The position numbers and the translations under genes are program-made. Under the pieces are notes generated by a model that saw only the letters and a list, made by a program, of their open reading frames with translations, was not told the DNA's origin and did no database searches. Positions 50,401 through 61,588 of a stretch of 64,000 nucleotides of DNA are shown in pieces. The stretch's first letter is position 1. Each line of letters starts with the position of its first letter. The DNA comes from Takakia lepidozioides (lineage: Eukaryota > Plantae > Bryophyta), in contig CM060731.1 of the NCBI GenBank assembly GCA_030704615.1, positions 26,040,001 through 26,104,000 on the forward strand, written 5' to 3'.

Positions 50401-52011
50401 CATGACAGGACCTACGACATCACGGTTTCCAATTTCCCCAGTTGCACATGTCCTGATTTTGTGAATATGCTATCAACCAGTTTGGGCAAGAGAGGTAAAT
50501 TCATACCCTGCAAACATTTGTATTTCATATTTTTGAGGAGGATGGTTTGCGATCCCAAACGTGACAACTTCATTCACCAGGCCACTATGAGTTTCAACGA
50601 GGTCGGTACTCTTTTGCAGCGGGATACAACACATGGGTAGCATGAACTATGTAATGTGGTGTGTGGAAGACCATGATTTGAAATGTGTAATTCACATCAA
50701 TTCGTCGGCTGTGCAATGATATGGCCTCCAACTATACGGAGTGAGCTCTGAGTGACAACTTTTAGGTAGTGCACATTTGTCATTGCACCGTTCGAAGTCT
50801 ACATGTCTTGCTGTCGCTATGCACTACAATCATCTTTTGAAGATGATCCTAACTCTCATTGTTATTTGAGGAGGGAGGAAGGTCTTCCCGTGGCAGCCTT
50901 TATGACGCACACTTTGTGAGGATTTTGTCGTCATCGTAATTGTAAAAGTGAAACAAGCATTTGTAATTGCACAATGTTGGATGCTGCAAATTGTAGGCCT
51001 CAATGCTCGTCTTGATTCTATTTAGGCAAGATTTCCTGCATTAATTCCACGGTCATAAGACCATCCACGGTTATAGGCGGCGCATGTTAATGCTGACGTG
51101 GCAGATGATGGACAGTGCCATGTCATCATTTACCGCCACATCAGCATGCTAACATGACGCTCACGCCACGTCAGCTGGCGTGAGCGTATGCTCACGCCAC
51201 GTCACTTCTGCGTGAGCGCACGCTCGCGCGCTCACGCCATTGTGTCGTTGCTCATTCAAGCAGAACAAACTTGTCATGCTAATGAACCCCCGCTCGTGGT
51301 TGCCTTGTGCAGAGTGTGTCCCAGCTGACCATGTCTGATTGCTCTAGCTCCTGCTCCTTTGCTCCAGTACACACAGCCTTGCGGCTGAACACCTTGGTCC
51401 CCGGGGCTGTTTGGCTGTGTTCCAAGCCTAGCTTCACCATTTGTTATTTCACCTAAGCTGCAGAACTGCTTGCTCCAACAAAGTTGTGACTGTCCAAAGC
51501 AATATTGAGGCCCTCAACGCCAACTACAGCAGTTTGTTGTCTATTGCTAATGCCTGATTCCCAATATGCAATCAACTCGTCCAACTGCTCTCCACTCAAA
51601 TCAGTGTGAGCCCCTTGAGAAACATAAATCTTGTCCCCTTGTGTGCACAGGCTAAGAGAAGAGACCTGCCCTTCAATTACGTCCTCATTTCCCCCAGCCA
51701 TACAAGGAGGACATCCACAGATTTGTCTCTCATGTAGACCATATAGGTTATAAAACAGAAATGTGGATTCCATAGCACCCTGACACTCTCACTCATACTC
51801 AAAAAATTCCATAGATTTTAGCAGAGTCCAAAAAACTAGATAGTAGATTTCCCCTTTCTACAGCTATCCCCTCAAAAACTGTGTCAAATGGAGCTCATAT
51901 GACAAAAATATGGCCAAAGAGGCTCTGTAAATATAATATATGACCTTAAATAGAAACAAATACAATGAAAAACTATTTTCAATTGGTTTCCTTTGGTTCC
52001 ATGTTCCCACG

Positions 52012-53000
52012 TTTTTTTTTTTTTTTTTTTTTCTCCAAACAGGGAGCAGACCAGGCCTATGAGCTTGCTACGATCCAGCCCGCTTCTTACTCCAGTTCTT
52101 TGGATGGCTTATGGACAGGCGCCTGCAATCGAAAGCTTCGTGGATGGTTGCTGGACTTGCACAACACATCTACCATATCGGAACCACAGCTTCACTTCAC
52201 CACATTCAGCACAACAGGAGCAGAGCAGGGCATACAAGAGCTTGGCCGTTGATTGCAACACCTTGGAGTATGTTGGTCAGAGAGCACGCCATGTCGTCGT
52301 CTCCTGTTGCAGGGCAGTGGCCTTCTTCTCTCAGATGGCTGATTCAAGGTACGCCCGATTCTAAAGGTATATGGCACGGATCTCAGGCCTGGCGCTCCAA
52401 AGGGAGTGCACCTCTTGATTAAGAACTCCAAGACATGGGCAGCCTGGGATTCCGCGGGCTTCTCCCAATTCTCTCACTTTTGGGAAATGGCTCCTTCTGC
52501 TCTCCTGAATTCATGCCAGCCCTTTCAAGTAGAAGAGTGGCTGCTCTGAGCACTATCTCTGGTAGCATACCCGATTCCTGGGTTTCTCTTTGCTCTCATC
52601 CAGTCAATAGGTTATCGCTCCCAGTTTGGCTTGGAGGTTCGTTGGGGCAATCACCTTTCGCTTTTTATGCCGGATGATGTGAGGCTCATGTGAGGCACAC
52701 AACAGGGCAGGGGCTTGCCTTGAGACCCCCCTGCACTCGGTACTCACAACAAATTACAACAAGCTGAAGCCCTCCGTATTGGCCAGGACATACACTCCCC
52801 AATTGAGGAGGTCTGAGTTGTACTTGCCAGAGATCCACTTAAGACCCGAGGGGATTTCCAAGCACACGAAGTAAAAGTGCACTCCCTCTTCACTATGAGT
52901 GGCTATATAAACTTCCGAACACCAATACCCTCCAAGTGCCCGGGAAGAGAGAGGGGGCAGGTCATGGTCTAGGCTGAGGGTCGACGGACACAAGGTCACA
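52012..53000 (-). mobile_element. Possible degenerate LINE 3' portion
   Basis: Minus-strand poly-A (T-run 52012-52032) preceded by a weak zinc-knuckle-like CCASPATIHEAFDC; otherwise decayed. Confidence 0.4.
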
Positions 53001-53949
53001 TACACTTGACGCACACACTTAACCATCCCACATACGATTGCACGCCCCCACCTGCTGCCACGTACACCTGTTCAAGGCCCATGCTTCCCAATACTGCTTT
53101 ACGTGGGTGCCCTTCCCCTTCAGCTCCAATCCGGAGCTTGCTGCAGCCTGCAACCTGCTCCTTTCGTGACACCTATCTGCAATTGATGACTGCTACGGGG
53201 TCAGTTTCAATTAATCAAATACAACAGGGCTCGTACATTCCAGACGTTCGAAGGAGCTGCTACGTTCCCATTGAGTGCCTGGTATAAAGGCAAGGTAGGC
53301 TGAACCAACATAGAAAGCATGTCTGCTCCGAATCCCTCCATGTCCTCAAAGTTATGCTAAAACCATTCCAGCTCCAGTGTAACCTGCACAATGCCCCAAC
53401 TTCGTGTTCTATGCGTTGTGCTTCGGCTGACGGCGAATGCTGCCTGAACCAGATCCTGAAGCATGCCAGAGCTAATCACATATTTCTTCTTTTTGTCACA
53501 AAACATCACAACCACCATAATTTTTCTCTCACTTTCAAAACAAAACCACAAGTGCCTAAAACTAACTCACTGGCACTCACAGATGCAAGCTGATCTCTCT
53601 CGCGTGATTGTAAGAACTAAACTCACATGTCTGATAACAGAGAAACACAAAACACAACACAATCACTCGTTAAAAAAATAGAGTCGAGCCAGGGGCACCC
53701 CAAGCTATGGGGACTCCACCCCACAACATCATATTCTCCCTTCATAAGCACACTCCGATTCTAAGCGGTGAAGGAGCTCGGTCGTGCAGGCTCAACTCGA
53801 GAGAGATGAGCCGCACGACTGACGAGCTCGTGAAGATAAGATGGTTCAGGTGTCAAGCTAAACTTGACACCTGACTTAACACTTGAACTAATTCCAAGTG
53901 TTAATACAAATAACTAGATTTATTCTAGTTAGTTTCACATTGTGTTTAT

Positions 53950-54957
53950 TTAACTTAACACCTTCCCAAAAGGCTGCTGGCATGGGAGACATCTGTTGGT
54001 GCCGGAGCCTCCGGGAAGTCCTCGGGCTCCGACTCCCCAGATTCCTCCCGTTCTTGAGCGGCCTCGCTTTCAAAAGCATGAATCGCCTCTTCCAATTGTC
54101 GCTTTGGTGACACGTCGCCCCCATCGGGCTCACCAAGATCATCATCTTTCAGGCCGTTCCGCTTTCGCTTTGGCTTGCCCGACCCCATAATGAGGCTGAT
54201 CTCAAGGACGATCGCGTACTGAACTCTAAGCTTTGATACCAAGTGTCGCGCACCTCACTTTGGTAAGCTCCCCTTCAAGTCATAGTTACTCGCTTTGATG
54301 CACGCGCCTAACTCCCAAACTGGCCGCCGGGCCAACTCGGAGCTTCGGCTGCTCACCGGGGCATAACGATCCCCTTTGCTCCTCCACAAGACCCTCTCTC
54401 AATTCGGGCCTAGTGGAAATTCCCTTTAGTTGTTGGCAGTCCAGAACAGCTCCCCACACCTTGGTCGCTTTCCGGCTCGCACGCTTACTCACTAGTTTTT
54501 GGTCACCAACGGGCTTGCACCGTTCTCAGGGTTACTACTCCCTATATATACTTCTGTGACTGTCCATGGGGGTTTCCCAAACAACACCGTCCTTTTATGG
54601 CGAACCACCACGAAGACCCTCCATTCCCGGTGGTGAGTCGCGGTGAGTCTTGGCCCACCTACCACGGCCCCATTGGACCGTGATGAGTCCCAAGACTCCC
54701 CACGACTCCCACCACAAGGTCTCCGCCCCATGGTGAGTCCTATGCCACCCCCACTAAGTCCCACTAAGCTACCACCACCCCTCGTGGAACCACCCCCACC
54801 GCAACCCGGTGTGCGGGGTTCCACCTAGTGAGCGCCTCCGCCTCCTTGAGTGCCTTGGGCACTCAAGGGTGCTCCTCTATTGTTGCCACTACCCCCACCA
54901 CAGGGGCAGCCCCTTTTGTGTCCCAACCCCTTGCCCTCAAGGCGAAGGGCCGCGACA
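53950..54957 (-). mobile_element. LTR retrotransposon 5' end: 714-bp LTR (54244-54957), tRNA-iMet PBS and short downstream ORF
   Basis: LTR termini TGTCGCG...CGCGACA; TATATATAGG inside; TGGTATCAAAGC (54230-54241) 2 bp after the LTR; ORF MGSGKPKRKR from 54188. Confidence 0.85.
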
Positions 54958-54991
54958 TTTCTGTCCCAGCGTCTGATGAGTTAGAGTGAAA

Positions 54992-55286
54992 ACGGAAATG
55001 CGGCGCCGCATTTCCGTTAAGGCAGCTTTGAGTTGCATCCCGAATGGTTTCATGCCTGAGATGCAAAACGGAGTTCCACTGTTGCATCCCTTACATGTTG
55101 GACGGAAATGCGGCGCCGCATTTCCGTTCTGGAAATTTAGAAGGTACGACACGGACGGAAATGCGGTGCCGCATTTCAGTTTCACTGTTTCATGATTTAC
55201 AATCACAACAGAAATGCGGCACCGCATTTCTGTTCCACTGCTACATACCTTACTTGTTGGACGGAAATGCGGTGCCGCATTTCCGT
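54992..55286. repeat. Array of 26-bp palindromes at 53-bp period
   Basis: ACGGAAATGCGG(CG/TG/CA)CCGCATTTCCGT variants at 54992, 55102, 55155, 55208 and 55261. Confidence 0.93.
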
Positions 55287-58200
55287 TCTGGAAAGAATAT
55301 TGGCGGCTGATTGACAAAAATGACTTTTTGAAGAATTTTGATTTTTTAATTGTTTCAAACAATTTGGGCAGCTTAAGAAAAAAGACAACAATGATGATGA
55401 CATGGCTGTGATGATGTGTCCAATGATGATGTGGCACTATGACACATATTTAGTCTCCGACTCTTTGGTCGTCACTAGAATTTAATAGTCTTTAGTAAGA
55501 TAGGTTGTGGAAAATTTGATAGAGGGCGTATCGGAAGAGCCGACATTGCTAGGAATTGACTAAAGTATTGTCAAATCACATGCTCATCGATTATTTAAAT
55601 TTGACCCTTAAACGCCTAGTAACATAATTTGATTTTTAGGGGAAAAAATGACCCCATGATTAAAAAAAATGCAATAAACCTGAAAAATGAAAATCTACAA
55701 ATTTTGATTGCACAATATGTTGGCATCTACCTTGTGCATGTTGTACAAATTTCATCCCAATCAGACAAAATATGCGAAATCCCCACCATTGAATGTGGAG
55801 GCATTCTTTAAAACAAAATTCACTCGACTCTATGCACTTCCTATGAAGCCAAGTTACATGATGATTGTAAAGGGAAAATACTAGAGTTCGTTGAAGCAAC
55901 TTGGCTGCATGTAGCCTACTTACCGTGCAGTGCAATGCCACCACGTCCATGTTAACAAAACATATCATGCAATTCAATATCAAAAGCAATACACAACCCA
56001 CATGACTATATGTCCATTCCACATGAGGTAGTGGTTTTTTTACCCGAATTCCACACATTTTTTCACACATTGTCTTCTCATCAACGTGCCATGTATGCTA
56101 TGCGTTGACAAAACATAAGACCCTACAAGACAAATGCAACGTTTATAAGTGTGTCTTGACTTTCAAGCTAATGTTAATCAAAGTTGCACATACACGTGTT
56201 GGGACGAGTCTAACCAAACTATGTTGCAGATGTTAGTATTTGGCTCAGCCGAAAATCCCTCTGGATCACCCTCCTCTTTCGTGTCTTTGCAGTCCAACAT
56301 ACAAGCTGGTCGCTTGGTACCACCATAAGAATCGCAAATTTGTAGGTAATGACACAGTTGGAACATGTACTTTTTGGCTTTTGCAGGCCATCTCAATTAT
56401 ATGATATATTTAAGATTCAATGCGCATAATATGGTTGTAAGAGCATACCTGCCCCAAAACGGCAATGTAGCCTGCGGGGTCTTAAAAGTCGAGCAGGTTG
56501 CTCCACGGTTGCCTCAACCCGGTAGAATTGCTGCAGGCCCCGCCTCAAATCTGCCTCCCGCACGGCACTTTTGCCAAACATACAGGGACCCACCAACCAC
56601 TGTACATTAAATTTGTAAGGTCAAGATACATAATGTCGACGGTCAACGCCCCAAGATTGTGATCGGTCGGCGGGCCTGCCTCGGGGCTATCTATGCCGCA
56701 TCTGCTACCGTCCCAACCGTGGAGTGGCAACCAAACCATCCTTGTAAAAAATTCCGTCGCCCCCTTAAACAAGGTATATAACGTTTGACGGCCCTACTCA
56801 CCGTGGAGATGCTCTAACAACATCATCATTTGCTCCTCTCTCTAGCCTAGGCCTCTATAATTTGTGATTTTTCCATACAACTGAACGGTTGCATGAGGCT
56901 AGTGAGACCCATAATATCCAAGGTTTGGAAGATACCGTAGAGGCCGCTCTATTTCGACCCCTGCCGGAAACATTAAGTACATGCAGGTCGCTAGGTTTGG
57001 CAGGCTTAATGACAATATTAATTTTTTCATCTAAGCTTCATCCGATTTTTCTGGAATCCGGCACCCTGGGTACTTTTCATTAAATTTCATTAATAAGTAG
57101 TTAGTAGTTAGTAAGTAGTTAATGCTAGCATTCACTACTGTAATGTTTTTGCATTGGGCAATTGCCACATTTGTTTTTTCCAAAGTTCACTTTTTAAAAT
57201 AAAAATTATTCCCCTCTTTCATCTACCCCCAGGACAAAATTTCAAAATATTCATCATCTCTTAAAATGAATTAATTAAAGTCGGAATAGAGCGACCTCTA
57301 TGGTAATCTCAACCTACCACCCAAATACACTACACCTCTACTACGAGCGTTACATTTCACGGCCATTACATCACTCACATCCCTAATCCTCAATAAACTT
57401 AAGATTGAAAGTGGCCAGCTAGCGATTGTGTGACATGTTACGGTGCGGATAGAGCCCACCCCCGAAAGGGGGCAGTACCCGCAAGGGGAAGAGGCTCTTA
57501 TTTACGCTAGCTTCGGTTGGCGTCATATATATATATATTTACTTCTTTGCTATCTCCAACTCCAGCAAGAAGAAAACATAAGTAATGAAAAGCGGCAATT
57601 CCTCACTTAGGGCGAAGCAGTGCCACAGATAAATAACATAAAACAACACAAAGTAGTAAACCAACGCAACCACAAACGGCTAGCAGGGAATATGATGGTA
57701 ATGAAAGGGGACTTTCCTCACACAGGCCGAAACAATGCCGCTTATAAACACCATAAAGTAAGGAATTTTAGCAACCACAAACGGCTATTAAGGGACACCA
57801 CTGCTTTCTAACATAGAGTATTCACAAGTGAGAGAGAGATGTGTTGCCTTTGGTGTGCACCCTATACAAGGCCATCTAATCCAATCGCGCGGCAAGACTG
57901 CATATAGACTATCAACTTGTGAGCTCTATGTATCGTCGCATTGAGAAACGCGACTAGATCTCAAAGGATACAACTCATGAACATTAATGGAATCATGCCA
58001 CATTTTCAGGTTCATCCACACACGCACAAAAAGGAAGGGAGTGCGACATTATCTCTGCTCCTTGTTGCTGCCAAATGAATCAGCTTCAATATTTTAGGGA
58101 CATCTAAATTTCAGTGTTTTTCTTTTCAAAATTGGAAAATAACAGGAGTGGCTACTGGGTTTTGCAGGAAATATCTGGTCATCCACTGAGATTTGGACAG

Positions 58201-58589
58201 AATCAGCCTCTTCTGTACTTTCATCCATGTATATCATCCATATTAGGTGAATTCATCCAAAATTTATATTTGTTTTGGAGAAGTTTGGCGATTTCATCCA
58301 TGAGAAAATAGGGAATTCACGACAGAATATTTAATTTTTTTGGAGGTCGAAAAAGTGCAAAATTTCGCCAGAAATAAAAACATTGCATGATTTAATACAT
58401 TATCTCCCGCATAGTGAGTTATCGATTGTGGACTGATTTAACACAGTGTCGCGGCCCCTGCGCACGTAGATAGGGATTAAAACTACTGGTTACCTAAGAT
58501 TTTTCTTAATTTTTTTCCTTGTAAAATATTGTGACTCTTTTACTGACAAGGGTTATGGAAAAACTAACCAGAAATCCGAGGCCGCAGTC

Positions 58590-61095
58590 CTCAATCAATA
58601 TATGAATCGAGATGTTTGTTTTGTTTTGTTTTGTAGTGTCGTTGAGATCTCCCACACCATGGGGCCAACGCGGGTGCTTGGTGCCATTGGAAAGCCCTTG
58701 AGGAGGAGGGGTGCACCGGCTTGGTCTCATGATTTTTGGACAAGCGGTGAGGGAGATGTGGAATTCCAGGTATTTTTGGTCGCTGGAAATTCACAAAAAA
58801 TAACAAAAATGGCAAAGTGGGCATTCCTGGGACAATGGTTGGAGCCTCGACGGGAGAGATATCAAGGGAAAGGTCTCCGGTTCAAATATGGTCGTAGGCT
58901 CTGTGAAAAAAAAACTATTTTAGATGACATTGGACACTTGGGGCCAATGGCAAGGGCTACCCTAGAGGTTGCATTTGGGCCTCGACATAGGAAACGGACT
59001 TTGATACATACGGGATTGCACTTGGACAGATGACACTGGACACTTGGACCAATGACACAGGCTACCCTGGAGGTCATACTTGGCCCTAGACATAGGAGGG
59101 ACATAGGAGGCGCACTTGAATGCATAGGAGATTGCACTTGGGCTTACATGACCCTGGACACTTGGGCCAACGGCACAGGCTACCTTAGAGGTCACACTTG
59201 GGCCTTGACATAGGAGACGCACTTGCATACATAAGAGATTGCACTTGGGCTTAGATGACACTTGACACTTGGGCCAACGGCACATGCTACCCTAGTCAAT
59301 ATATGAAGCGAGACGGTTGTTTTGTTTGTTTTGTTTTGTTTTGTCACGTTGAAATCTTGGTACCGTTGGAAAGCCCTCGACGAGGAGGGGTGCACGGGCT
59401 TGGTCTCATGATTTCTGGAACCTACGGTGTGGGAGATGTAAAATTTCAAGTACTTTGGGTCGCTGGAAATTCACGAAAAATAACAAAAATAGCAAAGTGG
59501 GCATTCCTAGGACAATGGTTGGAGCCTCAGCACGAGAGATATCAAGGCAAAGGTCTGTGGTTCAAATCTAGTTGTAGGCTTTGTGGAAAAAATTTTGATT
59601 AGATATGGCTTGCTTCATATATTGATGCACTTGGACTTGGATGACATTGGACACTTAGGCCAATGGCACAAGCTACCCTAGATAGGGGATTGCACTTGAG
59701 TTTAGATGACATTGGAAATTGGAGGTCGCACTTGCGCCTCTACATGGGAGAAGCACTTCGATACATATGAGATTGCACTTGGACTTAGATTTCAATACTT
59801 CACACATGGGCCAACGGCACAAGCTACCCTAGAGGTCGCACTTGGGCCTCGACATAGGAGACACACTTTGATACATAGAGGATTGCACTTGGACTTAGAT
59901 GACAATGGACACTTGGGCCAACGGCACATGCTACCCTAAAGGTCGCATTTGGACCTCGACATAGAAGACGCACTTAGATACATAGGGGATTGCACGTGGA
60001 CTTAGATGACACTGGACACTTGGGCCAACGGCACAGGCTACCCTAGTCAATATATGAAGCGAGATATTTGTTTTGTTTTGTTTTGTAGCGTCGTTGAGAT
60101 CTCCCAAACCGGGGGGGCCCAGCACGGGTGCTTGGTGCCGTTGGAAAGCCCTCGATGAGGAGGGGTGCACCGGCTCGGTCTCACGATTTTTGGACAAGCG
60201 GTGAGGGAGATGTGGAATTCCAAGTACTTTGGGTCGCTGGAAATTCACAAAAAATAGAAAAAATGGCAAAGTGGCCATTCCTGGGACAATGGTTGGAGCC
60301 TCGTCGGGAGAGATATCCAGGGAAAGGTCTCCGGTTCAAATCGGGTCGTAGACTCTGTGGAAAAAAAAATGCATTTGGACTTAGATGACATTGGACACTT
60401 GGGCCAATGACACAGGCTACCCTAGAGATGGGAGATATATCAAGAATGATTGGATAAACATAGGAGATTGTACACTGGGCTTAGATGGGCCTCGACAAAG
60501 GAGACGCACATGAATACATAAGAAAATTGCACTTGGTCTTAGATTCAATTTTTCACACATGGGCCAACGGCAGAGACTACCCTAGAGGTCGCACTTGGGC
60601 CTGGACATGGGAGACGTATTTGTATACATAGGAGATTGCACTTGGGCCAACGACACAAACTACCCTAGAGACGGGAGATATATTAATAATGATTGGATAT
60701 TAATACTCAATAACTTCATGAAAATAAATAAATGGGGCCTTGACATGGGAGACGTACCTGGATACATAGGAGATTGCACACTGGGCTTAGATGGGCCTTG
60801 ACATAGGAGACGCACATGGGAGACGCCCTTGGATACATAAAAGACGCACTTGGATACATTAAAAGACGCACTTGGATACATATGATATCACACTTGGGCT
60901 TAGATGACAGTGGACACTTGGGCCTCTACTCAAATTTTCATACATGGGCCAACGACAAAGGCTACTCTAGATGTTGCACTTGGGCCTGGACATGAGAGAC
61001 ATACTTGGATACATAGAAGATTGCAGTTGGACATAGCAAATGCACTTGGATACATTGGAGATGGCACTTGGGCCAACAACACAGGCTACCCTAGA
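58590..61095. repeat. Composite tandem repeat: three ~320-bp blocks interleaved with a ~100-bp minisatellite
   Basis: Blocks at ~58595, 59296 and 60047 (GGAAAGCCCT..GAGGAGGGGTGCAC..GGACAATGGTTGGAGCCTC); many GCACTTGGGCCAACGGCACAGGCTACCCTAGA units. Confidence 0.9.
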
Positions 61096-61214
61096 TCGAT
61101 GACACTGATGCCAAGGCCGGCCTCGTGCGAGTGCTTATGCGACTGGCTCCGCCGAACATGGCAGAGAGAGCTATATCCAAGTATCAATGCTTCTCAGATC
61201 GCCGCAACCCTTTG

Positions 61215-61588
61215 ATGACATGCCGGATCTAAAAGAGTTCAATATGTTGCCACATGAATGGTGTGATCTGATTGGAGCTGGAGCAAGAACATTGGCTCCC
61301 ATTGCGAAGCATATTCTTGCTCAAGTATGCTCTGCCTCATCTTGCGAACGCAATTGGAGCAGTTACTTATTTGTTCACAACAAGATTCGCAACAGGTTGA
61401 ATCCCGCAAAGGCTGACAAATTGGTGTATGTGTATACCAATTGCCGACTGCTACGTGAGAGGGCAACGGATGATGTTGCAGCATGGTATGAGAGGAATTT
61501 GCATTCCAAAGACTCTACTTCTGAGGTAGATTCAATGAGTGACGATAGTGAGCCTCAGAGGGAATCATCCCAGAGGGAATCATTGTGA
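61215..61588 (+). pseudogene. hAT transposase C-terminal dimerisation-domain fragment
   Basis: PHEWCDLIG..LAPIAKHILAQVCSASSCERNWSSY..HNKIRNRL..KLVYVYTN. Confidence 0.88.

Larger units (their letters stand above)
42121..50640 (+). pseudogene. MULE-type transposase with GCM-like domain and C-terminal SWIM finger (copy B), split by a CACTA insertion
   Basis: 42121-42900 joins in frame to 47916 onward (LNC/RHFLQSG). FDHVKRV, FMADSAQANFNA, CLFHWTQSL; SWIM CTCPDF..CKHLYF; frameshifts near 48510, 49050 and 49380. Confidence 0.88.
34659..51250. mobile_element. Mutator-like DNA transposon copy B, both ends present (16.6 kb; ~11.6 kb without the nested CACTA)
   Basis: 9-bp TSD CTCGTTCAA (34650-34658) / CTCATTCAA (51251-51259). 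Both ends start CA and carry GGCGTGAGC at positions 13-21. Subterminal GCTCACGCCACGTCA repeats. Removing the element restores a continuous minus-strand reading frame (..FVLLERDAVIRNEDTH..). Confidence 0.88.

Noticed and set aside
54992-55286. CRISPR array call
   Set aside because: Eukaryotic context, no cas genes, fully palindromic repeats, and spacers that recur every third unit.
13349-55479. 13-bp inverted match TTCTAGTGACGAC (13349) / GTCGTCACTAGAA (~55467) as ends of a giant element
   Set aside because: No TSD and no extension of the match.
56441-56814. Second Harbinger MITE (right end GTGGAGATGCTC-TAA)
   Set aside because: The candidate left end matches only GAGCAT, which is insufficient.
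57581-57790. Hammerhead ribozyme (GGCCGAAAC present)
   Set aside because: The CTGANGA core is missing.
58447-58463. LTR start resembling that at 54957
   Set aside because: The similarity ends within ~17 bp.
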